Source: a virus
Reading direction: 5' to 3' (one strand)
Length of the DNA: 64,000 nucleotides
Virus record (IMG/VR): IMGVR_UViG_3300033233_000014
Coordinates: 1 to 64,000 of that record
Part shown: positions 1 through 8,976 of the stretch, piece by piece
Layout: each line of letters begins with the position of its first letter
Position numbering within the stretch: position 1 is the stretch's first letter
Notes under the pieces: model-generated
What the model was told of the DNA's origin: nothing
Seen by the model: only the letters and a program-made list of their open reading frames with translations
Database searches by the model: none
Translations under genes and position numbers: made by a program

Positions 1-1184
1 ACGTTGCCGCCGAACGTGGCCTGGCTGGTTCCGAAGTTGAAGGTCGGGTTCCCCGTCGCCGTCACCGCGCCCGTCCCGATGAAGTTCACGCCGATGCTGG
101 CGCCGCCGATGTCGAGCCGCGTGCTCGCCGAGTTGGTGGCGAGGTAGTTGGCCGTCCCCGCCTCGTTCTCCAGGATGAAGTTCGCCCGGGTGCCCGTGTC
201 GTCCGTGCCGATCTTCAGGTCGCCTTGGGAGTCCGCGAGCTGGATCGTCTCTCCCGCCTCGTAGGCCGCCTGGAGCGCGGTCGCCCCGGAGGAGAGGTCG
301 GTGAAGGTCAGGCCGGTCGCGGAGCCGAACGCCGTCTCCCACGCCCCGTCCGTGCCGGACCGGATGACGGACACGTTGACCTTGCGGATGGTGCCCGCGA
401 CCGTGGTGTCCGTCGTGAACTGGTTCTGCGGGAAGTCCTCGACGGTCGCCGTGAGCCCGATCCCGCGGATGGTCAGGGTCGTGCCGACGTGCGAGAGCAC
501 CTCGAACAGCCCGTTGTTGGCGGCGTTGGCCGCCCCCGCGATCTGGATGAAGTCGCTGGCCGCGAACGTGCCGGAGCCGGCCGTCTTGACCGTCGGGTTG
601 GACACCGCGGCCACGCCGGCCGTGAAGCCCGTCGCCGCCACCGTGTCGTTCGTCGCCGTCGGGAGATAGTTCACCACCAGCCCGCCCGTCTGGGCGGACA
701 CCGTCTCGTACCCGTCGTTCAGGTACAGGTGGTTGTCCGAGAAGTTGACGTTGTTGGTGGACTGGCTGGAGAGGACGCCCTGCACCACCAGGTTCCCAGA
801 GATGACCACGTCGCCGTCCAGGCTCACCGAGAGCGCGCCCGCGCCGTCGTTCGTGAGGGTGATCGTCGTGGCGGACCCGCTGTTGGCGTCCAGCTTGATG
901 TTGCCGCTGTTCTCGACCTCCGGGGTGACGACCTTGGTGCTGAACGACCCGGTCGTGAAGCCGCTGATCGTCGCAGCGCCGCTGCTGGCGAGCCCGACAC
1001 CAGCAGACAGCGTCGCCACCGCGCCGGTCAGCGTGAGGGAGTCGCCCGCAGCGTCCTCGAGGACGACCGAGGCGGGCCCGGTCCCGGACAGCGCCCCGAT
1101 CCTGCCGACGCGAATCGTGTCGGCGTCGGCGATCTGCGCGAGACTACCGCCGGACGAGAGGGACAGCGCACGCTTGAGTGCCAT
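1..1184 (-). CDS. Tail fibre / virion structural protein (runs off window start)
   Basis: ATG at 1184 after GGAGG; open to position 1; Gly/Ala/Thr-rich (MALKRALSLSSGG...); follows the baseplate genes. Confidence 0.65.
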   Translation of the reverse strand, partial: MALKRALSLSSGGSLAQIADADTIRVGRIGALSGTGPASVVLEDAAGDSLTLTGAVATLSAGVGLASSGAATISGFTTGSFSTKVVTPEVENSGNIKLDANSGSATTITLTNDGAGALSVSLDGDVVISGNLVVQGVLSSQSTNNVNFSDNHLYLNDGYETVSAQTGGLVVNYLPTATNDTVAATGFTAGVAAVSNPTVKTAGSGTFAASDFIQIAGAANAANNGLFEVLSHVGTTLTIRGIGLTATVEDFPQNQFTTDTTVAGTIRKVNVSVIRSGTDGAWETAFGSATGLTFTDLSSGATALQAAYEAGETIQLADSQGDLKIGTDDTGTRANFILENEAGTANYLATNSASTRLDIGGASIGVNFIGTGAVTATGNPTFNFGTSQATFGGN

Positions 1185-1202
1185 GACTTACCTCCTGCGG
1201 TA

Positions 1203-2240
1203 CTACGACACCACGGTGCCCTGCTGGATGTAAAGCAGCACGGTCACCGTGAGGACAACGAACCCATCATATCCCGTGGGATCCCAAAGGACAGCCACAA
1301 CCTTGTTGACGGCCCCGATCACCGCCGTCGGCACATTCGTGCCAGAACCCGAGAAGAAGGGAGAGGCCGATTCGTAGATCAACTCCCCCGACGTCAGCAA
1401 CAGCCCCGGCTCGAGCTTCATGGTAGCCAAGACGCCCTGGACAGAAGCCGCAAACCCAGGCGCGAATGGCGGAATTGGCGCCACGACCACCCCGATTCCG
1501 AAGGACTCGGATTCGACGGCCGCTGACGCCCGGAGCACCGATCCCGGCATCCCCGGCGCCGCCCGCACTATCTCGCCCGTCAGGAGCGGGGTGATCTCGG
1601 CGTTCACGATCGGGATCGCGCCCGGCGGGGGTGGGGCTACAGCTGCCGCCAACTCGACCCACGTCGTGCCATCAAACTTGAACAGCTTCTTGTCCGTCGT
1701 GCGGAAGAAGAGCTGCCCCTCCTCCGTCGGTGGCAGCACCGATGGCAGCGCCACGTCCTTGTGGATGACGAGCGTCTCGATCTGCTTGTGGTTCCCGTCG
1801 AGGTTGGTGTCGAGCTGCACCCGTGGGAGCCGGAACAGATTCTCATCCTGGGCGATGGTGAGGATGATCCCGCCGCCCGTGGTCACCGTGCCGAGCAGGA
1901 TCGTGTCCGCCGGCGGGATGCCCGTCGTGTTCACCACCACCTTCGGGGTGATCAACTCGACGCCGCCGGCCGAGCCGGGATCGGGCGTCCGATCAAAGCC
2001 GAAGAAGACGTAGTTCAGAGCCCCGTCCGTCAGGAGCACGAAGTCCGGCGCCGCGTTGAAGACCTCGTACCCCCCGATGTAGGCGTAACCGATGCCGACA
2101 TTTAGGAGCAGTCCCCCGGCGTCCACCATCGCCAGGCCATCCATCACGAAGTCGAACCAGAATCGGCTGACGCCGTTGAGCTGGTGGAGGTTCATGACCT
2201 CGTCGTCGGCCCAGGCGTCGTAGTTCGGATTCAGGCTCAC
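1203..2240 (-). CDS. Putative tail fibre / baseplate-attachment protein
   Basis: GTG start overlapping the patatin stop; EGQLFFRTTDKKLFKFDGTTW motif typical of fibre proteins. Confidence 0.6.
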   Translation of the reverse strand: MSLNPNYDAWADDEVMNLHQLNGVSRFWFDFVMDGLAMVDAGGLLLNVGIGYAYIGGYEVFNAAPDFVLLTDGALNYVFFGFDRTPDPGSAGGVELITPKVVVNTTGIPPADTILLGTVTTGGGIILTIAQDENLFRLPRVQLDTNLDGNHKQIETLVIHKDVALPSVLPPTEEGQLFFRTTDKKLFKFDGTTWVELAAAVAPPPPGAIPIVNAEITPLLTGEIVRAAPGMPGSVLRASAAVESESFGIGVVVAPIPPFAPGFAASVQGVLATMKLEPGLLLTSGELIYESASPFFSGSGTNVPTAVIGAVNKVVAVLWDPTGYDGFVVLTVTVLLYIQQGTVVS

Positions 2241-3070
2241 AGCCCCGCCCCTTCCAGCGCTTTCGCCATCAACTCGTAGCCGTGATCGTAGAGCGACTGC
2301 TTCTGCACCGCCGTGAAGGCGAAGTCGAGTGTCCGGAAGCCGAGGGCATCCGAGAACACTCGCACCGCGTCCGCCGGCGCCCGCGCCAGTTGCGCCTCGA
2401 CGTTGGCGTCGACCAGGAGATCCATCGTCCGCTCGACTTCGCGCGTCAGCCCGACGTTGGCCTTCCAGCGCACCCGCTTCTCCGTCTGCCCCGGCGCCTC
2501 GGCCAGGGCGAAGATCACCGTGCGACCCGCGCGTGCTTGCGCGCTCGCCTCCACCGGGACGTGCGCGTACACCCCGCCGTCCTGGTACCACCGGCCCTGG
2601 TACTCAACCGCCGAGAACCCCAGCGGAATCGCCGACGTGATCCGCATCGCCAGCGCCAACTCCATGTCCAGATCGGTGTCGAACGAGAAGACCCGCGGGC
2701 CGCCGAAGGAGTAGTCGGCGCCGGTGAGCCGCACGTCGAAGACGGCGTCCCGGAACGTCTTTCCGAAGGTGACGTCCCGCAGGAAGGCCAGATAGGCGCG
2801 GCCGTTGGAGAGCGCCCCCTTGGTCACCAGCCGTCCCCACGACCACCAGCCCGTCGAGATGAAATCGGTGAAGTCTCGCGCGAGGACGATGCGCTTCACC
2901 TCGATGGGCGCCCGGCCAGCCGCCAGCGCCCCGAGGATGACCCCGCCGGCCGACGTGCCCGCTCCCACGCCAATCTGGTGCCCCCGATCGGCGACGGCAT
3001 TCACCGCCCCCGCGCATTCGAGGATGCCCTTCGCGCTCCCGCCCGAAAGTATGCAACGTATCAAGGCCAC
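2237..3070 (-). CDS. Patatin-like phospholipase
   Basis: LSGGSAKG Gly-rich loop, GTSAG nucleophile motif, DGG catalytic motif. Confidence 0.9.
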   Translation of the reverse strand: MALIRCILSGGSAKGILECAGAVNAVADRGHQIGVGAGTSAGGVILGALAAGRAPIEVKRIVLARDFTDFISTGWWSWGRLVTKGALSNGRAYLAFLRDVTFGKTFRDAVFDVRLTGADYSFGGPRVFSFDTDLDMELALAMRITSAIPLGFSAVEYQGRWYQDGGVYAHVPVEASAQARAGRTVIFALAEAPGQTEKRVRWKANVGLTREVERTMDLLVDANVEAQLARAPADAVRVFSDALGFRTLDFAFTAVQKQSLYDHGYELMAKALEGAGL

Positions 3071-3846
3071 TACTTCCTCCGAACACCACCGTAAGTCGGC
3101 GTCTTCTCGTGACACGGAACACACAACGTCCTTCCGTTCGACAACTCCAACCTCAACTCATGGAATTCACTGAACGGCTTGATGTGATCCGCGTGCAATC
3201 TTACCCCACGCTTCCCGCACAAGACGCAGGTGTAATCATCTCGCTCGAACACCGCTTTTCTCCACGCCCCGTACTCTAGGCTGTGACGAATTCTCTGGTT
3301 TTCGGGGGTCACCCCACCACCCCAGTTGTGGTGGTTCGGCCCACTCATCTCTGGTCGGCGCCGTCCCTTGTGAAAAGGGACATGCCCTTTCTTGAACCAC
3401 GTCCTGCGAATTCGTGCTGACACATCGGGACGACACATCGCAAGCCTTGTTGCCTCACGGTGTCTCTCTGAGAAACCAGTACTCTGCCTTGCCTGAATGG
3501 ACAACATCGCCGCTTCCCGAGGGTCAACCAACGAAAGGCGCCGCAACAGTTCGATTCTTCCTTCGGGAGTCGAAGCCCTCCTGCGAGCGGATGCGCGGCA
3601 CTTCTCTCGCACCTCATACCTCTCCATGGCCTTCTTCGTCCCTGCGCCGACTTTCTCCGCAATCTCCCGATTCCCCGTCATCCAGATCGAGCGGCACTTG
3701 GTCGGACAGAAGCACACAGAGATGTCCTTCATCCGATACCTGTGGATGTACCTCCACACGCCGCAGACGTGGCATCTCCGATACTCTCCGCGCTGCCCGC
3801 GTCGGAGTACCGGAGGCACTTCGTTGTCGATGATCGTCAGCGCCAT
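3070..3846 (-). CDS. HNH homing endonuclease (NUMOD-type N-terminus)
   Basis: RDDYTCVLCG...HADHIKPF...NGRTLCVPCH; FKKGH and NHHNWGGG motifs; lower GC than flanks. Confidence 0.88.
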   Translation of the reverse strand: MALTIIDNEVPPVLRRGQRGEYRRCHVCGVWRYIHRYRMKDISVCFCPTKCRSIWMTGNREIAEKVGAGTKKAMERYEVREKCRASARRRASTPEGRIELLRRLSLVDPREAAMLSIQARQSTGFSERHREATRLAMCRPDVSARIRRTWFKKGHVPFHKGRRRPEMSGPNHHNWGGGVTPENQRIRHSLEYGAWRKAVFERDDYTCVLCGKRGVRLHADHIKPFSEFHELRLELSNGRTLCVPCHEKTPTYGGVRRK

Positions 3847-3858
3847 GCCGTCTCCATT

Positions 3859-5223
3859 CTACGCCACCCGGCTGCAGCCGACACGGGCCCGTCCCACTCG
3901 GTTGCTGCAGATGATCTCGTCAGAGAACAGTTCGGCGCAGATCGAGTTGGGATTCGCGGTGAGCGCCGTGATCGCGTTCGTGAGGTTGCGGGCGGTGCCG
4001 CGCGTCAGGGACGGCCCGGCGTCCGGCGGATCCTGGGTGTCGTCGAGGCTGTTCGTGATGAGCCAGCACGTCCGGAACGAGAACTCGTCGGTGACGGCAT
4101 CCTCGATGACGTCCTCGACGCCCGTCTCCTCGGGCTCGAGGTCGGCGTCCTCGACGAACGTGCAGTCGATGAACGCGAACGATCCGATCCGGCAGACCGG
4201 CAACTCGGCCGGCATGACCCGGTTGAGCTTCTTGACCACCTCCTCGGAGAGGCAATCGTCGCACTCGAGCCGGAAGAAGATGCAGATGTCGAAGAAACCG
4301 ATGCCCGGCCCCGGCGTGTAGTCGGTGTCGTCCCCCGGCAGCCGGAACTTCGACACCAGCCCCGGATTCGGCGCCTGGATGAGGGTGCGTCCCTCGGTGT
4401 TGGTGAGGAGGATGTTGTTGCACCACTCCTGAATGTCGACCGGGAAGCCCGAGACGGTGCGCGCCCGCGCCCGGATGGCCGTCTTCGTCCCCCGCAACTT
4501 CAGGATCGCGACGTGCTCCTTGATCTCCTGGCGCTGCGCCGAGCACGGCAGTTCCCGGTTGACCTCGAGGCCGATGTTCGCCCCGAGCGCCGGCAGGACG
4601 TCGCAGCACGTCTCGTCCACATCCCACAGCGTGGGCAGGCAGTCGATGAGCCCCTTCACCTGGTCGAGTTCCAGCGCGATGGACTTGAGGAAGCGCGCGA
4701 GCGGCCCCTTCTTCTTCGGCTCCTTGGTGGGATCGGTGTTCTCCCCGAGGTTGAACCACTCGTGCGCGTCCGCATCGAAGATCGGCTGGAGCGCGAAGAC
4801 CGCCTCTTCCCGCGCGAGCACGTCCTCGTCCGAGAGTTTGTCCCCCAGGAGGTAGATCTCGGGCAGCAGGCGGAGCAGGCCGCCGTCCCGCCCGAAGAAT
4901 CCCGTCTGGATCGCGATCAGGCTGACCTGGGTGCTCGGGCCGAACAGCCACTCCTCCTTCGGGAAGAAGGCGTGGGTGAGGATGGTGTAGTAGTAGCAGC
5001 GGCAGGGATCCAGGTTGAGATCGGTGACGAATCCGTCTGCCGCCAGCCCTTCGAACACCACGATGCCGGAGTCCGGGTGCTCGGCGAACTCGAAGAGGCG
5101 CCGCACCACCCGGATCACCATGCCCGCCGAGATTTCGGCCGGGGCATCCCACTCGACGATCAGCTGCGGCCCCTCGAGGCCGCGCCGGATGCGCGCGTTT
5201 TGGGCCAGCCGGGGATCGCTCAC
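3859..5223 (-). CDS. Baseplate wedge / tail protein I-like
   Basis: LLPEIY...LARFL...LPALGANIG...LKLRGT pattern; downstream of baseplate J. Confidence 0.7.
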   Translation of the reverse strand: MSDPRLAQNARIRRGLEGPQLIVEWDAPAEISAGMVIRVVRRLFEFAEHPDSGIVVFEGLAADGFVTDLNLDPCRCYYYTILTHAFFPKEEWLFGPSTQVSLIAIQTGFFGRDGGLLRLLPEIYLLGDKLSDEDVLAREEAVFALQPIFDADAHEWFNLGENTDPTKEPKKKGPLARFLKSIALELDQVKGLIDCLPTLWDVDETCCDVLPALGANIGLEVNRELPCSAQRQEIKEHVAILKLRGTKTAIRARARTVSGFPVDIQEWCNNILLTNTEGRTLIQAPNPGLVSKFRLPGDDTDYTPGPGIGFFDICIFFRLECDDCLSEEVVKKLNRVMPAELPVCRIGSFAFIDCTFVEDADLEPEETGVEDVIEDAVTDEFSFRTCWLITNSLDDTQDPPDAGPSLTRGTARNLTNAITALTANPNSICAELFSDEIICSNRVGRARVGCSRVA

Positions 5224-5489
5224 GCCGAGGCTCCCGCCTGGTGGCGCGCCTGCGCCATTTCCCGGATCTCCCGCAGGTACTGACTCACGCGCTCCCGCTC
5301 CTCTGGCGCCAGGCTGATCTGATCCATGAGCCCCGCGAGCGCCGCGCATGTCGCATGGACATGCCGCAACCTGGCCTCGGCGCGCTCCTTGGCGACGGCC
5401 GCCCGGAGGCGCTGGTCACTGCCGCACCGCGGGCAGGCGCGATCATCGAAGCCCTCCCGATCCCCGCACACCGGGCACAGCACGATCAC
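5220..5489 (-). CDS. Small Zn-ribbon protein
   Basis: CPVC...CPRC; GTGA overlaps at both ends. Confidence 0.55.
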   Translation of the reverse strand: MIVLCPVCGDREGFDDRACPRCGSDQRLRAAVAKERAEARLRHVHATCAALAGLMDQISLAPEERERVSQYLREIREMAQARHQAGASA

Positions 5490-7270
5490 GTCGGGCACTC
5501 GCGCTGGATCTTTCCCCCGCCGACGAAGGTCAGGTTCACGCGCCCCTTCACCGGGATCTGGTTCGGTTGCATGGGCACGTTGGCGAACTTCTTGCAGGTC
5601 TCGAAGGACGCCCGATCTCCCGCCTTGGGTGCGCCGCTGGCACAGGTGATGGTGAACGTCACCTGGCCCTGATCCGAGACATACTCCACGCCGACGGTGC
5701 CGGTGTTCGCCTGCAGGCCACTCACCGTTCCCCGGACAGTGAACGTCGTCGGCGACGTGAAGATCACCGTCCACGTCTCGCCCTCGGCCTTCGTCCCGAC
5801 GAGGACGCGACTGAACTCGCAGCCCGCCAGGCCCACTTCCTTTCGGGGTTCCGGCTGGCACGTCACCTCGACGAAGTCGACGTGATCGACGCCCGGCACG
5901 TTGTCCACGAGCGCGAACAGATCCGAGAGGAAGATCGACGTGCCGAAGCCGATGAAGTCGCTGTCGAGGCCGAGGAACTGGTCGATCTGCCCGAGCGTCT
6001 GATCGGCCACGCTCTCGGTGCCGAAGTTGTTGGCGATCGTGACCGTGCCCTCGATGTCGACCTTCACGTACTCCGGCTCGACGATCACGAGGCACGTCCC
6101 GGCCATCTTGCGTCCGTCGAAGAAGGCGAGGAGATCCGCCTGGAGCTGGCTTGACGGCGAGCCCCCACCACTCGGGGAGATGGTGAGGCTGATCGTGCAG
6201 CAGCACGGCACCCCGCGCTGCACCGACGTGCCGCCGACTTCGATGGTGGCCTTGTCCACACCCGGGAAGCTCTCGGCGAGCGCCTTCCAGTCGGCCGGCG
6301 TCACCGCCCGGTTGAGCGCCTGGAAGGACTGCGGCCCGAGGCGCTTGCCCTCGTCGATGGACATCTCGTCCTCGCCGCCGCTGGCCTGCTTCGGGTTCGT
6401 GACCGCCAGGGTGACGGGATCGCCGTTGAACGTGATCGTCGCGTTGACGGTCGTGATGGTGCCCGGTGCGACGTTGCCCCGCAGCCCGCCCCCGACGCGG
6501 AACTGCGCCCGGATCGTCGCGCCGGTGTCGGGGATCTTCCCCTGGTTGTTGTCCCCGAAGAACACCGTGGTGATCCCCGTCTCCTCCTCGAGTTGCGACG
6601 TGAAGTGCTTGTCGTCCGGCCCGCTCCCGACGAACGTCTGGACGTCAATCCAGAGTTCCTCGCCGATGCCCTCGTCGATGAAGAGCTGGCGCGTCCCGTC
6701 GATGATCCGCAGGGCGCGCAAATCGAACCGCTGCCGCTCGATGCCCTCGCTGAGCCCCACCTCTTCGCTCTCCGTCTGCCCCTCCACGGCCGGCGCGGTC
6801 GCGAACAAGTCGCCCGCCACGATTACCACGTCCTGCGTTGTCTCGAAGAAGATCGGCTCCTCGGTCGCGTCGGCGGTCGTCTGCAACGAGGTGCCCGCCG
6901 GAATCAGGAGATCCCCGGCCAGCGCCTCCTGCAGCGAGAACTCGACATCCACCGACGCCGGCACGGCGCTGCGCAACTCGAAGGCGATGAGCCGAAGGTG
7001 GTTCGCCACGCTCCGTCGCGTGATGGCCGTCGCGAGGAACGCCTCGTTCGCCATCCGGTCGAGGTAGAAGTGCAGCACGTCCGCCACGTAGGCGGTGAGC
7101 CGCTGCAGCACGATCCCGAAGTCGGAGAGGTTGTGATCCGTCCACTCCGGCGAGAAAAACGGGATCGCTCGCACCATGTCCTGGGAGATCGCCTCGAAGT
7201 CCCGCGACGTGTAGTCGATGGGCGGAATTCTCTGAGAGAGCCGCGTGAACGTCGTGACAGGAGTGGCCAT
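5486..7270 (-). CDS. Baseplate J/gp47-like wedge protein
   Basis: IDYTSRDF, WTDHNLSDFG, FGD...GKIP, GGEDE, RAVTPADW motifs. Confidence 0.9.
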   Translation of the reverse strand: MATPVTTFTRLSQRIPPIDYTSRDFEAISQDMVRAIPFFSPEWTDHNLSDFGIVLQRLTAYVADVLHFYLDRMANEAFLATAITRRSVANHLRLIAFELRSAVPASVDVEFSLQEALAGDLLIPAGTSLQTTADATEEPIFFETTQDVVIVAGDLFATAPAVEGQTESEEVGLSEGIERQRFDLRALRIIDGTRQLFIDEGIGEELWIDVQTFVGSGPDDKHFTSQLEEETGITTVFFGDNNQGKIPDTGATIRAQFRVGGGLRGNVAPGTITTVNATITFNGDPVTLAVTNPKQASGGEDEMSIDEGKRLGPQSFQALNRAVTPADWKALAESFPGVDKATIEVGGTSVQRGVPCCCTISLTISPSGGGSPSSQLQADLLAFFDGRKMAGTCLVIVEPEYVKVDIEGTVTIANNFGTESVADQTLGQIDQFLGLDSDFIGFGTSIFLSDLFALVDNVPGVDHVDFVEVTCQPEPRKEVGLAGCEFSRVLVGTKAEGETWTVIFTSPTTFTVRGTVSGLQANTGTVGVEYVSDQGQVTFTITCASGAPKAGDRASFETCKKFANVPMQPNQIPVKGRVNLTFVGGGKIQRECPT

Positions 7271-7273
7271 CGC

Positions 7274-7720
7274 TTACCCCACCGTGATCTGTCCACGCAC
7301 GCGCATGTCGGGCGTGATGTAGAACGGGTAGACGAGGTTTCCGATCTGCTGCGTGGAGATGATCCGGTAGAAGATCTGTGAGTCGAGCACCCCGTCCTTG
7401 GCCCGATCGAGACTGACCGTGACCGAGAGCACCTGGATACGTCGCTCCCCGTTTCGCAAGGACTCGGTGATCTCCATCTGCAGCGCCGTCGCGGTGAGGT
7501 TGTCAATGGGGCTGAAAACCAGCCCGCGCAGATCCGAGCCGAATCCGCGGTCGATCACCCGGCTGCCGAGCCGCGTTCCGAGGATCTGGCGGATCGACAT
7601 GTTGATCAGTTCGGCGGACTCGGCCGGCGCCACACCTACCTGCCGCTGGATTCGCCCACGCGACGTGAAGCGGAAGGGGAACGCCCAACCCTTGCCGAGG
7701 ATGTCGACCCGAATCGCCAT
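7274..7720 (-). CDS. gp25/GPW-like baseplate (sheath initiator) protein
   Basis: LGKGWAFPF...IRQILGTRLGSRV...FGS...NLVYPFY. Confidence 0.9.
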   Translation of the reverse strand: MAIRVDILGKGWAFPFRFTSRGRIQRQVGVAPAESAELINMSIRQILGTRLGSRVIDRGFGSDLRGLVFSPIDNLTATALQMEITESLRNGERRIQVLSVTVSLDRAKDGVLDSQIFYRIISTQQIGNLVYPFYITPDMRVRGQITVG

Positions 7721-8206
7721 CTAGCGCCGCACTCTCTCTTCTGGCTTCGGACTGCAGACCGTCTGCAGTCGGTGGCTGATCGCCAGCAAGCGCTCGTTCA
7801 GGAGGCACGCCGTCTCCTGCAGCACCTGCAGCGTCTCCATCTTACGCTCGGCGTCGTACTTCTTCTCCAACTTCCCCGTGGGCCGCAAATCATCCATCTC
7901 GGCCTTGAGCGCGCCCCGCCAGGTGGTGAGCATGCCGCTGAGGAGATGCATCTCGATGTCCTCGGGGTGCGCGCCGAGCCACGTCTCGATCTGCGTGAGC
8001 GCGACCTCGATGTTGTTGACCTTGTGCCCGATCGCCTCCCGCCGCGCGTTGATCCCGTCGATCTCGTGTGTAAGCGAGATCAGGAACCGCTGGAGACTCG
8101 CCAGGCGTTCCGGCGCCGTGCTGTCTTGGAGATCGTGCGCGACGCGCAGGACGTCGTCCCGCGCGGCTTCGCTCAGAGAAGTCAGGAAGTCGGTGAGTCC
8201 GGCCAC
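7721..8206 (-). CDS. Hypothetical coiled-coil protein
   Basis: Fills the gap between PAAR and gp25; GGAG RBS. Confidence 0.6.
   Translation of the reverse strand: MAGLTDFLTSLSEAARDDVLRVAHDLQDSTAPERLASLQRFLISLTHEIDGINARREAIGHKVNNIEVALTQIETWLGAHPEDIEMHLLSGMLTTWRGALKAEMDDLRPTGKLEKKYDAERKMETLQVLQETACLLNERLLAISHRLQTVCSPKPEERVRR
7750..7770. repeat. 21-bp palindrome copy 1 (GACTGCAGAC-C-GTCTGCAGTC)
   Basis: Perfect 10-1-10 inverted repeat; also at 23644, 45656 and 60569. Confidence 0.85.
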
Positions 8207-8209
8207 GGT

Positions 8210-8518
8210 TTACTCCATAAGAATGCTCGACGACCCGTCGTCGATGATGGTGGCTCCTCAGTTGAAGGAGTCCCCGACGAAGGCCACCGAAAGCCCATCC
8301 ACCTTGACGACTTGCGTCCCCGACCCGGCCTGCACCGGATTCGGGGCGTGAAACTGCGGGCCCGGGAGCACATGCGGCGCGATGAGCGTCGGCCCGACCA
8401 GCGCCAGGCCGCGCCCGCCAGGCCCGGACACGGTGGGGCTGCCCGGCCCGGCGATGAGCGCGCCGTGCGTCGTCGGCATGCCGATCAGCGCCACCTGTCG
8501 TCGCAGTCCAAGTGCCAT
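8210..8518 (-). CDS. PAAR-like spike tip protein with in-frame UGA (8258-8260); candidate selenoprotein or readthrough
   Basis: TTHG...PH...H...VDG..VAFVGDSFN*GATIIDDGSSSILME; the UGA is where PAAR has GDxxxCG; the extension ends 3 nt before the next start. Confidence 0.75.
8227..8244 (-). promoter_or_regulatory. Candidate bacterial SECIS hairpin
   Basis: UCGACGA-CGGG-UCGUCGA starting 13 nt after the in-frame UGA; G at loop position 2. Confidence 0.5.
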
Positions 8519-8973
8519 CAGGGACTCCCCGCCAGGCCATCCAAGATACCCGAGAAGAAGGTCGTGTTCTTCCCCGTCGTGATGAGATTGTCGGTCACTT
8601 CTTGGGTGGATACCGAGAAGGCCGGCAGCACCAGCAACTGGCTCTCAATCGAGGCCTGCTCCGTCACGAGGAGAGTCTTGCGGGCGAGGATCGTGTCCCG
8701 CCACGAGACGGCCTCGGGATTCGTCTGACCCACCAGGAAGTTGAGGATGATGTCGAGGCAGGGAATCTCGGCGAGAATCGCGGCGAGCCGCACCTGCAGT
8801 CCCTCGATTCGCACGTTGATGGCAGCCGAGAGGCTGAACGACGCCTCGAGCTTCGGCACGTCGATCTCGACCGAGAACGACGCAACGACTTGTTCCATGC
8901 AGGCGCGGAACTCGGCGTCCTGCAGCAGTCCCTTCCAGAAATCCTCGTCTTCGAGTAGCAGCAGCAGGGACAT
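8518..8973 (-). CDS. Hypothetical baseplate-region protein
   Basis: Tightly packed between the spike and PAAR genes. Confidence 0.6.
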   Translation of the reverse strand: MSLLLLLEDEDFWKGLLQDAEFRACMEQVVASFSVEIDVPKLEASFSLSAAINVRIEGLQVRLAAILAEIPCLDIILNFLVGQTNPEAVSWRDTILARKTLLVTEQASIESQLLVLPAFSVSTQEVTDNLITTGKNTTFFSGILDGLAGSP

Positions 8974-8976
8974 TGG

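Noticed and set aside
8258-8260. Genome-wide UGA reassignment
   Set aside because: TGA terminates many genes with ATGA/GTGA overlaps (e.g. 5486, 38012, 45033, 56641), and no suppressor tRNA is seen.
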